Source: Candidatus Kaiserbacteria bacterium
GTDB taxonomy: Bacteria; Patescibacteriota; Minisyncoccia; Phycocordibacterales; UBA2100
Direction: 5' to 3'
NCBI GenBank assembly: GCA_027083345.1
Contig: JALWOZ010000008.1
Span: forward strand, 5,006-69,005
DNA: 64,000 nucleotides
The position numbers and the translations under genes are program-made. The notes under the pieces were generated by a model. The model was not told where the DNA came from, made no database searches, and saw only the letters and a program-made list of their open reading frames with translations. Shown in pieces: positions 38,038 through 47,547 of this stretch (the first letter of the stretch is position 1; every line of letters starts with the position of its first letter).

Positions 38038-38619
38038 ATGCCAAGAGACAACGACAGAGTTAGAATAAATGAAGAGATACGCGTGCCTGAGGTGCGTGTA
38101 GTTGGTAGTGAGGGTGAAAATCTAGATATAATGCCTACCAGCGAAGCTGTAGCAAAAGCCAGAGCTCTAGGCTTAGACCTTATAGAAATCTCTCCTAAAG
38201 CCAACCCTCCCGTAGCAAAGATAACGGATTATGGCAAATATCAATACGAAGCAAAGAAGAAGGCAAAGGAGATAAAGTCAAAACAAACCAAAACAGAAAC
38301 AAAAGTAGCGCAAGTTAAGATAGGCACAGGAGAAAACGACCTAAAACGCAAAGCAGACAAAGTGGCTCAATGGCTCTCTAATGGGCACAGGGCTAAAGTT
38401 GATCTCTTCCTCTGGGGGCGCTATAAGTACATGGATTTTAAGTTTTTAAAAGAGAAGCTTGAAAGATTCCTTGCAATTATCCCAGAATCGTTTAAGATAG
38501 CCGACGAAATCAAAAAAAGCCCTAAAGGTCTGACTGTAGTAATAGAGTTAGACAAAACAGGCAAAGGAACGACATTTGATTTCTCCCTCGACGACACTCG
38601 AGAAAAGCAAAGAAAATAA
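38038..38619 (+). CDS. infC: Translation initiation factor IF-3
   Basis: INEEIRVPEVRVVGSEGENLDIMPTSEAVAKARALGLDLIEISPKANPPVAKITDYGKYQYE is the IF-3 N/C-domain signature; followed by rpmI-rplT. Confidence 0.9.
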   Translation: MPRDNDRVRINEEIRVPEVRVVGSEGENLDIMPTSEAVAKARALGLDLIEISPKANPPVAKITDYGKYQYEAKKKAKEIKSKQTKTETKVAQVKIGTGENDLKRKADKVAQWLSNGHRAKVDLFLWGRYKYMDFKFLKEKLERFLAIIPESFKIADEIKKSPKGLTVVIELDKTGKGTTFDFSLDDTREKQRK

Positions 38620-38625
38620 ATTAAA

Positions 38626-38811
38626 ATGAAAACTAATAAAAGTTACAAAAAGAGAATAAGAGTTACAAAGAATGGTAAGGTGCTAGCTCGCAAAACTGGT
38701 CAAGACCACTTTAACTCTAAGAACACAGGAGTGCAGCGCCTAGCTAAGAAACGTATGCGCAAACTAACATTAAGTCAGAGAATTAAGAGGCGTTTTTTAG
38801 CAGGAGTATAA
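38626..38811 (+). CDS. rpmI: 50S ribosomal protein L35
   Basis: MKTNKSYKKRIRVTKNGKVLARKTGQDHF. Confidence 0.85.
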   Translation: MKTNKSYKKRIRVTKNGKVLARKTGQDHFNSKNTGVQRLAKKRMRKLTLSQRIKRRFLAGV

Positions 38812-38825
38812 ATAAATTCTAAAAC

Positions 38826-39173
38826 ATGGTACGAGTAAAAAGAGGAACAACATCAAATAAAACACGTAAAAACGTATTAAAACAAGTAAAAGGTTATCGT
38901 TTTAATAGAAGCAACAAGGAGCGCGAAGCTCGCGTAGCCATTGCCCACGCTGGTAATCACGCATTTGCCCATAGACGCAAAAAGAAAGGCAACTTCCGAC
39001 GTCTATTTACCATTCGTATCAACGCCTCATTGCGCGCACTTGGCACAACATATAGCAAGTTTATAGATGCATTACATAAACAAAATATAGAGCTAAACCG
39101 CAAGGTACTCTCACAAATAGCACAAGAGTCTCCAGAATCTTTTAAAAGAATTATTTCTAAGGTTACTAAGTAA
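38826..39173 (+). CDS. rplT: 50S ribosomal protein L20
   Basis: MVRVKRGTTSNKTRKNVLKQVKGYRF... Confidence 0.9.
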   Translation: MVRVKRGTTSNKTRKNVLKQVKGYRFNRSNKEREARVAIAHAGNHAFAHRRKKKGNFRRLFTIRINASLRALGTTYSKFIDALHKQNIELNRKVLSQIAQESPESFKRIISKVTK

Positions 39174-39192
39174 AAAACTTTACTTAAAACAA

Positions 39193-40611
39193 CTAAAACT
39201 CTACCTCTACACTCTGATTGTGCTCCGGGACCACTGCATCTACTCCTAAAGCATCTCTGAGTCTCTGAGCCAAAAAAAGTGAGGAGCGTGGCTCGCCCAT
39301 TGCTATAAATACTTTCTTTAAGGTACTAGCTGTACTCTCTACAAACTTAACCAAATGACTACTATCTTTATGTGCTGAGAAGCCACTTATAGAGTTAACT
39401 CTTGCACGTACATGCACCTTCTCTTTATTAATATAAACAATTTTATTACCATCTTGTATCTGTCTACCAAGAGAGTGTACTGCTTGGTACCCAACAAAAA
39501 GTATCTCATTATCTTTGTCTCCTAAAAATCTCTTCTCATGACTAAGCACTCGCCCACCGACACTCATACCAGAGCTAGATATTATAATCTTAGCTCCCTT
39601 ATTTTTAGAGAGCTTTGCAGAACCTATTGAATTTTCTATTTCTATAAACTTAGGGAAATCAAAAATATCATCTCCGGCCTTAATCTCTGCCTGTACTCTA
39701 TCATTAAATATCCTTGTATACTTCCTAAATATGTCTGTAACCTTAGAGCCTAGTGGTGAATCCAAGTACACTGGTATACTCGGTACACTACCGCTCTCTA
39801 TAAGCTTATTAAGCTCATATAAGAGTATCTGTGTGCGTTGCATAGAGAAGGCCGGTATAAGCAAAGTACCTCCACTCTTAGCAGTACGCTTTATGGCTTT
39901 AGCTAATTTAGCAATTCGGTCTTCTCTATCTTCATGATCTCTATCGCCATACACACTCTCCATCAACAAATAATCTACATCCACTATCTTATCTGTTTCT
40001 CTCAACAAAGGTGCTGGGGTGTTACCTAAGTCCCCTGTAAAAACAAAAGTCTTTCTATCTTTGCCTACCCCTCTCTTCATCTCAACCATAACAGACCCTA
40101 ATATGTGCCCCGCCTCTAAAAAGCGAATAGACATATCTCCTATGCTAAACTCCTCATAATAGTCTTTGGATTGCCATAGGGCTAAAGCATCATCAACGTC
40201 TTTATTACTATATATAGGATCTCTACCTAGCTTACGTGCCTCTTCTCCCATCACTTTTACGGCATCTGCCAACATTGGTTTAGCTAGATCTTTAGTAGCA
40301 GGAGATGAATATATAACTCCATTAAAGCCGTCTTTGACTAGTTTGGGTACTTTACCTAAGTGGTCGGCGTGCGCATGAGTAACAATAAGCACATCTACCT
40401 TAGACGGATCGTAATCAAACTTACTATTTTGTTCAAATCCACCTTTAGCCTGTAATATGCCACAATCTATAAGGATAGTCTTACCCCTAACCTCAAACAT
40501 AAAGTTAGCACCCGTAACTGTACCCGCCCCACCGTAGAATGTTAGTCTGCTTTTTTGTTGATTATTTTTGTTTGACATATTCATTGTAATTGTTATTATA
40601 TTTATAACCAT
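39193..40611 (-). CDS. rnj: Ribonuclease J (metallo-beta-lactamase / beta-CASP)
   Basis: VTHAHADHLG (HxHxDH), beta-CASP region, 472 aa. The true start is probably the internal MNMSNK (~40584). Confidence 0.8.
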   Translation of the reverse strand: MVINIITITMNMSNKNNQQKSRLTFYGGAGTVTGANFMFEVRGKTILIDCGILQAKGGFEQNSKFDYDPSKVDVLIVTHAHADHLGKVPKLVKDGFNGVIYSSPATKDLAKPMLADAVKVMGEEARKLGRDPIYSNKDVDDALALWQSKDYYEEFSIGDMSIRFLEAGHILGSVMVEMKRGVGKDRKTFVFTGDLGNTPAPLLRETDKIVDVDYLLMESVYGDRDHEDREDRIAKLAKAIKRTAKSGGTLLIPAFSMQRTQILLYELNKLIESGSVPSIPVYLDSPLGSKVTDIFRKYTRIFNDRVQAEIKAGDDIFDFPKFIEIENSIGSAKLSKNKGAKIIISSSGMSVGGRVLSHEKRFLGDKDNEILFVGYQAVHSLGRQIQDGNKIVYINKEKVHVRARVNSISGFSAHKDSSHLVKFVESTASTLKKVFIAMGEPRSSLFLAQRLRDALGVDAVVPEHNQSVEVEF

Positions 40612-40612
40612 A

Positions 40613-40660
40613 CCTGCCTAAGGCAGGCTCCGACCCCCCGCTTTACGGCGGGGGGGTTAT
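40613..40660. terminator. Two adjacent GC-rich hairpins (cctgcc-taa-ggcagg; CCCCCCGC-tttac-GGCGGGGGGG) followed by a T-rich run
   Basis: Seen directly. The intergenic region between the mazF-like stop and the rnj start is otherwise AT-rich. Confidence 0.45.
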
Positions 40661-41043
40661 TTTATACCATTTATATTTTTCATTTTGTTTATTATATTAT
40701 TAAATTCGTCTAGGTCTAACCTCCTTATATTTCTGCTTAACCTCTTACTACTCACTGTCCTGCTCTGTGTGAGTGCCAAATAAGATATGACATCTCCTCG
40801 TGATAATTTATAGTAAAACCTAGCATTACCTCCAGACTTAGTCATTGGTATAACTAAACACGTATCATTAGCAAATCTCTTTATTACTAGTACAGGTCTC
40901 TCAAATAACTTACCAACACCATCCTGTTCATGACCTATGTTAACACCAATAGACGCCCACCAAATCTCTCGGCGCTTTGGATAACCGTGTCGTATGTTAT
41001 TTATCTTCTGCTTCTCTATACACCAAGCATCAAAGTCTTTCAT
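40657..41043 (-). CDS. MazF/PemK-family endoribonuclease toxin (orphan; no protein antitoxin ORF upstream)
   Basis: ...IWWASIGVNIGHEQDGVGKLFERPVLVIKRF...CLVIPMT matches MazF (GSEQAGHRPAVVLSPF....C.P.T). Confidence 0.7.
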   Translation of the reverse strand: MKDFDAWCIEKQKINNIRHGYPKRREIWWASIGVNIGHEQDGVGKLFERPVLVIKRFANDTCLVIPMTKSGGNARFYYKLSRGDVISYLALTQSRTVSSKRLSRNIRRLDLDEFNNIINKMKNINGIK

Positions 41044-41049
41044 AACTAA

Positions 41050-41215
41050 AAGTATACCACGGCCAGATACGAAAAAACCGACAACAAAAGTCGGATTCTT
41101 CGTATCGCGGGTTTATTGACCTGAGCAATTCAGGTGGGTGCTCGCAACTATTTGCCAAGACAAACAGCAATATAAAGCTCCCTTTATATGATTATTCGGT
41201 AATAATCCCCGCGAC
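41050..41215 (-). ncRNA. Candidate small structured RNA (promoter-like TTAACA-16-TATAAT, nested hairpins, intrinsic terminator ccgac-ttttgtt-gtcgg-tttttt) immediately upstream of the mazF-like gene
   Basis: Minus strand: ...ttaacattttactaaagtaaggTATAATacattaagtcgcggggattattaccgaataatc...cctgaattgctcagg...gatacgaagaatCCGACttttgttGTCGGttttttcgtatc. The 219-nt spacer between ndk and mazF has no ORF of 60 aa or more. Confidence 0.35.
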
Positions 41216-41262
41216 TTAATGTATTATACCTTACTTTAGTAAAATGTTAATTCACCTACTCC

Positions 41263-41736
41263 CTATTTACCCATAAGCTTATCTGAGTAAACCATCTCTG
41301 CATCAGGACGATTATAGTCAAACAACTCATCCTCTGTAAAGAATCTGGCAACCTCCTTTTCACCATTTTCGGGAGAGTCTGAGGCGTGTACTAAATTAGA
41401 CTGAGTAGAAAGAGCTAAATCGCCTCGTATAGTACCGGCATCTGCAACAACAGCGTCAGTAACCCCAACTATAATACGCGTAGCCTTAACTGCATTAAAA
41501 CCGGAGATCACCATAAGCACAACTGGTGCTGACTGCATAAACCCCTTAACATCAGGAAAGAATGGTTTATCAGCTATATGGCTATAATGCTCATCCAATG
41601 CAACGTCACTAAGCTTGGTCATCTTAGTACCTATAATTTTAAGCCCCTTGCGCTCCAGACGATGCACTACTTCACCGAATAAACCTCTTACTAACGCATC
41701 TGGCTTGATAATAATTAAAACTTTCTCTTCTTTCAT
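41263..41736 (-). CDS. ndk: Nucleoside diphosphate kinase
   Basis: LIIIKPDALVRGLFGEVVHRLERKGLKII and NLVHASDSPENGEKEV (NxxHxSD active-site His). Confidence 0.9.
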   Translation of the reverse strand: MKEEKVLIIIKPDALVRGLFGEVVHRLERKGLKIIGTKMTKLSDVALDEHYSHIADKPFFPDVKGFMQSAPVVLMVISGFNAVKATRIIVGVTDAVVADAGTIRGDLALSTQSNLVHASDSPENGEKEVARFFTEDELFDYNRPDAEMVYSDKLMGK

Positions 41737-41797
41737 ATTTAAACTTATATATTTATAATTGCCCGCAACTTTAACACATTACTTTCCAGTAGCAAGA

Positions 41798-44749
41798 TTA
41801 GAATCCGGAGATACCGGCGAAGGGGTCTGTTGGTTGTATCGGATTCTGTGGCTCTTTCTTTTTATATCTCTCTTGTATCTCTGCCTCTACCTCCTCTCTC
41901 GGTCTACCATATTTATTATATGACTCTTGTTTCAACTCCTCTATATGAGAGTAATCGGGTTCGTCGACTACAGGGAAAGTGATTATATCAAACGGAGCTG
42001 TCGGAGAGCCCCCAACGAGCATTTTTAAGTAAGCATTCCTATTCGGTAAACCTGTAATATCTCCAGCATTAAACTCAGGTTGAAACTCTTTCTCCAAAAA
42101 CTCTGCATCCTCTTGAGAGACCCTAAAGATGCATTTAGTACCGACATTACCAAATACAGCATCTCGTATTTCATCACTAAGTTGCTTTATGTATTGGTGG
42201 GCTAAATTAAGACTTAAAGCATATTTACGAGCCTCAGAGAGTATTGTAGCGATACTAGGTGTTGTAAAATTTTGGAATTCGTCTATATATAAGTAGAAGG
42301 GGTGCCTTTCTTCTTCAGGTAGATCTACCCTTGCAAGAGCAGACTGGAGTATCTTACTTACAAATATAAGTCCTAAAAGCTCTGCATTAATATCTCCAAT
42401 ACGACCCTTAGAGAGATTGACGAGTAATATTTTCTTATTGTTCATTATGTCAGATATACTAAAGGCACTCTTAGACTGAGCGATAATAGGACGCATTATC
42501 TCATTACCCATAAAGAGGTCTGTCTTAGCAGTGATATATGGCACTATATTCTCTAAGCTTGCTTCACCGCCCGCCTTCTCTGCTATCTCCTCCCAGAATT
42601 GGTTTACAACAGGGTTTTGACTGCGGGCTAAACAACTATGGCGAAATTCCTTATCAGAGAGCACTCTGGAGATATCTCCTATCGTAGCCGTACCATGCTC
42701 CATGCCCTCAAGTACCAACATAGCAGAGTTACGGAAGTATTGCTCAAACATAGGCCCCATACTCTCGGGACTCTTCTTGCCAAATATCTGCATGAAAATC
42801 TGGAAGAGCTCATTAACTACAAAAGTCTTTTCTTTTGGATCGTCCTTATTAAACTCCATAAAATTAAGACCCATAGGCATATCTGTATAACCAGGATCAA
42901 AATATATTACATCATTATGTCTATTTTCTGGCACGCTAGCTAATACATCCATAATATCTGAACCGTGCGGATCTATATAACAACAACCCTCTCCATTATT
43001 AATATCTTGTATTATCATCTGCTTCATCAAGAATGTTTTACCTGTACCGGTCTGGCCTATCTCATAAAAATGCCTCATCCTATCTATGCTACCAAATTTA
43101 ACTATGGTCTCATTAACCCCAAACTTATTCTTACCTAAGACTATGCCTTCTGTGTCTCCTACATCTATAGGAGCTGGTTTGTGTTTTGCCTTGTTTTGTT
43201 TTAACTCACGACTCGTTGATACAGCCTGCCCAGTTAAGTGATACATAGTTGTGAGCTCCTCTATAGATAAAGGGATTTGTTGTGAAGATGCAAAAATTCT
43301 CATAATAAATCCTCTCAGAGATTTGTTCAATTTAGCTCCTTTTAATCGCTTCCATACTATTACATTGCCTTGCCCTTTATCAAACTGATTAAATGTACTT
43401 GTTATATCCTCAAGAATCTCAACAGCACGAGGCCTAGTTGAGGCACTGGCAACTGCACGCACCGTTACGGGCACAACTCTTTTTGAGGATTTCTCAGTTA
43501 TAAGGTCTAGAGTTATCTGGTCTACAACATTAGACTGGGCATCCTCCCCTCTAGGAGACCTTATTGTATTTTTAAAATCAACCCATACCTTACTCCACAC
43601 TCCTCTATTCTTAGCTATGGCATCCTCGACGGTGTCTCCTTTGCGGATAGCATCTATTATTTTTTTATATTTTTTATTTATACTTGTCCCCTTATTGCCT
43701 ATGACAAATTGTAAAGATGCTCCTTCTCCATGTTTCTGCAATTTAGAAAAGGCAGACAAAATCACATTCAAAGGATCATGTGTAAACTCTTTATAAACTT
43801 TAAGCGGATATATCTCATCTCTACCCAACTGCGCCTCAGCACAAGCATCTTCTCCAGAGTTATTAAAGATATTATAATCATTACGTTGCTCCTCTATAAC
43901 AGCGTCAGGGAATATAGACAAAAAATGCTTCTCAAACATACCTTTTTTAGTTACTGGAACCGATACATAGAAAATAGCCTCCTCACTCCCCTCACTGACG
44001 GCTACCTCCACAGTAAATACTTTATTATTCTTCTTAGCTAATCCAAGAAAGTCCTTCCCCCCGTCGGTAGTAGTTAACAACCCTAGATACAATTGCTCCA
44101 TTGCGCCTAATAACTTCTCTAGCTCTTGTGCCTTATCACTCTCCTCTTTACTCTTAGGGGAGGAGACAGACACCTTGTACAATGTCATATGTAATGCTTG
44201 CCATATTTCCCCCGTATGTCGCAAATCTTTAACAGGCATACCCTCTTGTACATATTGAGCTAATATTCTATGTAAGTCATCCTCTATATGGTGATTACCT
44301 ATCTTTTTAGCCACTATTAAGGCATTCTTAATTCCCCTATCACGTGCTAAAGCCAACAGCTCATCTATTTGCCTATCATGCTCCTCTTGCTCTAAGCCTA
44401 TAGCCACTCCGGCCGACTCGTACTCCCCCATGGCATAATCATCTTGCAACACATTTTGCACAGGCTCTACTGAGTAGTCTTTGATAACTCTTTTATGTGC
44501 TCTGTCTGACTCAAACTTATTACCACCTAAATCTAAATTATCTGGATGGGCTTGCAATTTCTCTTGGTGAGCCACCTTAGCCCTGAGATACTCCAACTCC
44601 TCTTGAGGGGAACTGAACCTATTGTCTACCGAATCTTTCTTTATGTTCACCTGCCCAGAGGCCGAATCCCTAACCTTTTTATTAGTATGCTCAGGTGGCG
44701 TAACAGTCTCATTTAGTATTATTGGTTCTTGTGCAATCTCCTTAGACAT
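41798..44749 (-). CDS. TraD/TraG/VirD4-like P-loop ATPase (type IV secretion coupling-protein family) with large N-terminal domain
   Basis: Walker A YEIGQTGTGKTFLM; LYIDEFQNFTTPSIATILSEARKYALSLNLAHQYIKQL (DE Walker B plus RK..QS..QL) as in TraD/VirD4-type ATPases; 983 aa. Confidence 0.5.
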   Translation of the reverse strand: MSKEIAQEPIILNETVTPPEHTNKKVRDSASGQVNIKKDSVDNRFSSPQEELEYLRAKVAHQEKLQAHPDNLDLGGNKFESDRAHKRVIKDYSVEPVQNVLQDDYAMGEYESAGVAIGLEQEEHDRQIDELLALARDRGIKNALIVAKKIGNHHIEDDLHRILAQYVQEGMPVKDLRHTGEIWQALHMTLYKVSVSSPKSKEESDKAQELEKLLGAMEQLYLGLLTTTDGGKDFLGLAKKNNKVFTVEVAVSEGSEEAIFYVSVPVTKKGMFEKHFLSIFPDAVIEEQRNDYNIFNNSGEDACAEAQLGRDEIYPLKVYKEFTHDPLNVILSAFSKLQKHGEGASLQFVIGNKGTSINKKYKKIIDAIRKGDTVEDAIAKNRGVWSKVWVDFKNTIRSPRGEDAQSNVVDQITLDLITEKSSKRVVPVTVRAVASASTRPRAVEILEDITSTFNQFDKGQGNVIVWKRLKGAKLNKSLRGFIMRIFASSQQIPLSIEELTTMYHLTGQAVSTSRELKQNKAKHKPAPIDVGDTEGIVLGKNKFGVNETIVKFGSIDRMRHFYEIGQTGTGKTFLMKQMIIQDINNGEGCCYIDPHGSDIMDVLASVPENRHNDVIYFDPGYTDMPMGLNFMEFNKDDPKEKTFVVNELFQIFMQIFGKKSPESMGPMFEQYFRNSAMLVLEGMEHGTATIGDISRVLSDKEFRHSCLARSQNPVVNQFWEEIAEKAGGEASLENIVPYITAKTDLFMGNEIMRPIIAQSKSAFSISDIMNNKKILLVNLSKGRIGDINAELLGLIFVSKILQSALARVDLPEEERHPFYLYIDEFQNFTTPSIATILSEARKYALSLNLAHQYIKQLSDEIRDAVFGNVGTKCIFRVSQEDAEFLEKEFQPEFNAGDITGLPNRNAYLKMLVGGSPTAPFDIITFPVVDEPDYSHIEELKQESYNKYGRPREEVEAEIQERYKKKEPQNPIQPTDPFAGISGF

Positions 44750-44765
44750 TGCACTAATTATACCA

Positions 44766-46529
44766 CTATTTTTTAATCAATTTTTCTAAGGCCTTAATAT
44801 CTTTCTCAATCATGTTCATACCGTCTTGCCAAAACTTCTCTGTTTTTACATCTACACCAATACTCTTAAATATATACTCCGGAGTACCACTACCCCCAGC
44901 AGAGAGGAATTTATCTATTTGTTTTATATAACTTTTATCTTGTTTATATCTCTCAAATAATACATTACTTATCAATTGTCCAAAAGCATATGAATATACA
45001 TAAAAATGCCTACGAAAGTGTCCTATATATACAAAAGAGTATCCATCTAGCTCATCTACCTTAACACCTTTGCCTAAATACGCTCTCAGGTGCTTAACCA
45101 ATAATTTAGCTATGCTCTCTTTTGACAGCCAACCATTACTCCTTATAGCATTATTTAACTCAAGCTCAAAATTAAAGAAAGCCACTTGCCTAAATATCGT
45201 TGCTATATCGTCTTGTATTTTATTATGCAGAGCAATTATCTTCTCATTCTCACTTAGAGTTTGGAATATCTTATCAAAAGCAACTCTCTCGAAAAAAGTA
45301 CTAGCAGTCTCTGCTACTGCTGTAGAATAATTTTGATATATTATAGGTTGAGTTTTAGACCTCTCGGTATGTATAGCATGGCCCATCTCGTGAGCTAAAG
45401 TATAAAGAGAATTTAAATCGTCTGTATGATTAAGTAGAATCATAGTTGGCATATTTATATTGCCTGAGCAATATGCTCCACCACTTTTACCTACTTTGGG
45501 ATACGCATCCACCTGCCCATTACTTATAAGCTTGTTAAATATATCTCCATATTCTTTATCTACATCATAAAAAGCAGACGAAACAATCTTTACGGCCCTG
45601 TTATAACTAATTCTCTTATTACTCTTACCCACAGGAGCGCTCCTATCTGCATAATACATTTCACTAAGACCCAGCATTCTTTGTTTAATATGCATAAACT
45701 TATGCACTAACTTATAATTATCTGTAACAACCTTAATAAGAGACGCGACACTGCTGAGAGAGTTCTCATAACCTATTATGGTAGCGTCATACGGATTTTT
45801 AAATCCTCTCATTTCATCACTCACTTTTTTGTTAGTATATATTGCATTGATCTCACTCTCTGGGAACTCGCTAATACTCTCTAGCTTTTCCATAACTGCC
45901 TTACTCCATGCTCGACGCTTAGTAGCGCTCTCCATATGTGGAGATCTACTTAATACATCGTTTATAGGCATCTCCTCTTTACCCATACGCACAACCTGTT
46001 TGTTTACCAACTTCTCCACACCGGAGACCCACAAAGAAGACCTCGAGGGTGAGGTGAGTGCTAACACCCTCTCTTCTGCCTCACTTAATGTATATTTACC
46101 TTCTAAAAATAATCTCTGTAAGTAATATTTATATTTTTTAAGAGTCTTATCTGCCAAAAAGACTTTCTGTTGCTTTTTACTTATTTTTGATAATCTATTC
46201 TCAAAAAACATTACAAGAGTACCAGCTTTAGTGAGCCTATCTTGTAATTTCATAATTAACGCATCAGCATCTGCTCTAGATCCGTCAAGCTCTCTAACAT
46301 AGAATGCATAATATAAAGCTTTGTTTCCAGGTAGCTCATTGAGAGCTTCGTACCTCTCTAATGCAACCAAAAGCCCCCTAGAGTCCTTGAGCCAACTGTC
46401 GTTCTTATAAAAATCTTTACTAAACTTTCTATACGCTCTTTCCGTCTTCTCTATATCTCTATCTATGCGTTCGTCTTTTAATGAGTTATACAAAAGTGTT
46501 AAATCCCACTTTGTCTGCACCTTAGACAT
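44766..46529 (-). CDS. pepF: Oligoendopeptidase F (M3B metallopeptidase)
   Basis: HEMGHAIH zinc-binding HExxH in the M3 context; 587 aa. Confidence 0.8.
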   Translation of the reverse strand: MSKVQTKWDLTLLYNSLKDERIDRDIEKTERAYRKFSKDFYKNDSWLKDSRGLLVALERYEALNELPGNKALYYAFYVRELDGSRADADALIMKLQDRLTKAGTLVMFFENRLSKISKKQQKVFLADKTLKKYKYYLQRLFLEGKYTLSEAEERVLALTSPSRSSLWVSGVEKLVNKQVVRMGKEEMPINDVLSRSPHMESATKRRAWSKAVMEKLESISEFPESEINAIYTNKKVSDEMRGFKNPYDATIIGYENSLSSVASLIKVVTDNYKLVHKFMHIKQRMLGLSEMYYADRSAPVGKSNKRISYNRAVKIVSSAFYDVDKEYGDIFNKLISNGQVDAYPKVGKSGGAYCSGNINMPTMILLNHTDDLNSLYTLAHEMGHAIHTERSKTQPIIYQNYSTAVAETASTFFERVAFDKIFQTLSENEKIIALHNKIQDDIATIFRQVAFFNFELELNNAIRSNGWLSKESIAKLLVKHLRAYLGKGVKVDELDGYSFVYIGHFRRHFYVYSYAFGQLISNVLFERYKQDKSYIKQIDKFLSAGGSGTPEYIFKSIGVDVKTEKFWQDGMNMIEKDIKALEKLIKK

Positions 46530-46533
46530 TATA

Positions 46534-46911
46534 TTAAACTTTTGTTATTTTAACCAAAGTATACGGTTGACGATGTCCAAGTTTACGAAAATAACGACTC
46601 TTAGCTCGAAAGCGGATAACATGTAACTTTTTATCTCTATCGTCTGCCACTAAAGTAGCCTCTACCTTAGAACCTTCTATTGTGGGAGTACCTATTTTAG
46701 TGTCTTTGCCATCATCTGTTAATAATACATTATCAAAAACTATCTTATCTCCCTCTTTGCGTTTATCTGCACCAGATAATTGCTCCACTTTCAATAAATC
46801 ACCTTCACGTACAACATATTGTTTACCTCCAGTAGCTATCACCGCAAAACCAGCGTTTACATTAGTTTTAGTTTCTTTTTTTGTATCTTTGTTTGTTGTA
46901 TCCTGAGCCAT
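46534..46911 (-). CDS. rplU: 50S ribosomal protein L21 (with N-terminal extension)
   Basis: FAVIATGGKQYVVREGDLLKVEQL... Confidence 0.85.
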   Translation of the reverse strand: MAQDTTNKDTKKETKTNVNAGFAVIATGGKQYVVREGDLLKVEQLSGADKRKEGDKIVFDNVLLTDDGKDTKIGTPTIEGSKVEATLVADDRDKKLHVIRFRAKSRYFRKLGHRQPYTLVKITKV

Positions 46912-46932
46912 AATAGGCGCTATGATACTAGA

Positions 46933-47349
46933 TTATGATTGATAGTCAAGCAATTTTTTACCCTCTCCATAACGTTTAGTAAGTATATAATCTATAACAA
47001 CCCCTGCAATAGACCCAGCTATAAGAACCCACCAAAACAATCCCCACCCTATATCACCACTAGCTAACATGCTAGTTGCCAATAATAAAGACATCCAAGA
47101 ACCTCCATCTACCCCTCTTAGAACAGGACCAACTTTCATCTTTGGGTACAACGGGTGCACAGTAAATAAACCGTACATACCTATAACTATACCTAGCGTT
47201 ATCCTATTAAACATTATTGCCCAAAAAGTGGCATTACTCCAATCAAATGCTCCTTGTATACCGTGAGTCGATGCTACATAACTGGCCACTAACCCTATAA
47301 TAACTCCCAGGCTAGCTCCAACTAATAATCTCTTTGTAAAATTATTCAT
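46933..47349 (-). CDS. Hypothetical 4-TM membrane protein
   Basis: Four predicted TM helices in a 138-aa ORF. Confidence 0.4.
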   Translation of the reverse strand: MNNFTKRLLVGASLGVIIGLVASYVASTHGIQGAFDWSNATFWAIMFNRITLGIVIGMYGLFTVHPLYPKMKVGPVLRGVDGGSWMSLLLATSMLASGDIGWGLFWWVLIAGSIAGVVIDYILTKRYGEGKKLLDYQS

Positions 47350-47547
47350 AATAATTATATTATTATATTAATAAACATTTTTAGAAAGACGATGTAATAA
47401 GTACTATACCAAAACTAATCGCTATAATTATAGTAAATCCAAATAAAAATCTAAAAAAAGAATCCGTAAACAAGTTATTAAACTTTTTTTGCCATGTCAT
47501 ATTTTTATTATACACCATAACAACAAAAGTGTATAATAAAATACACA

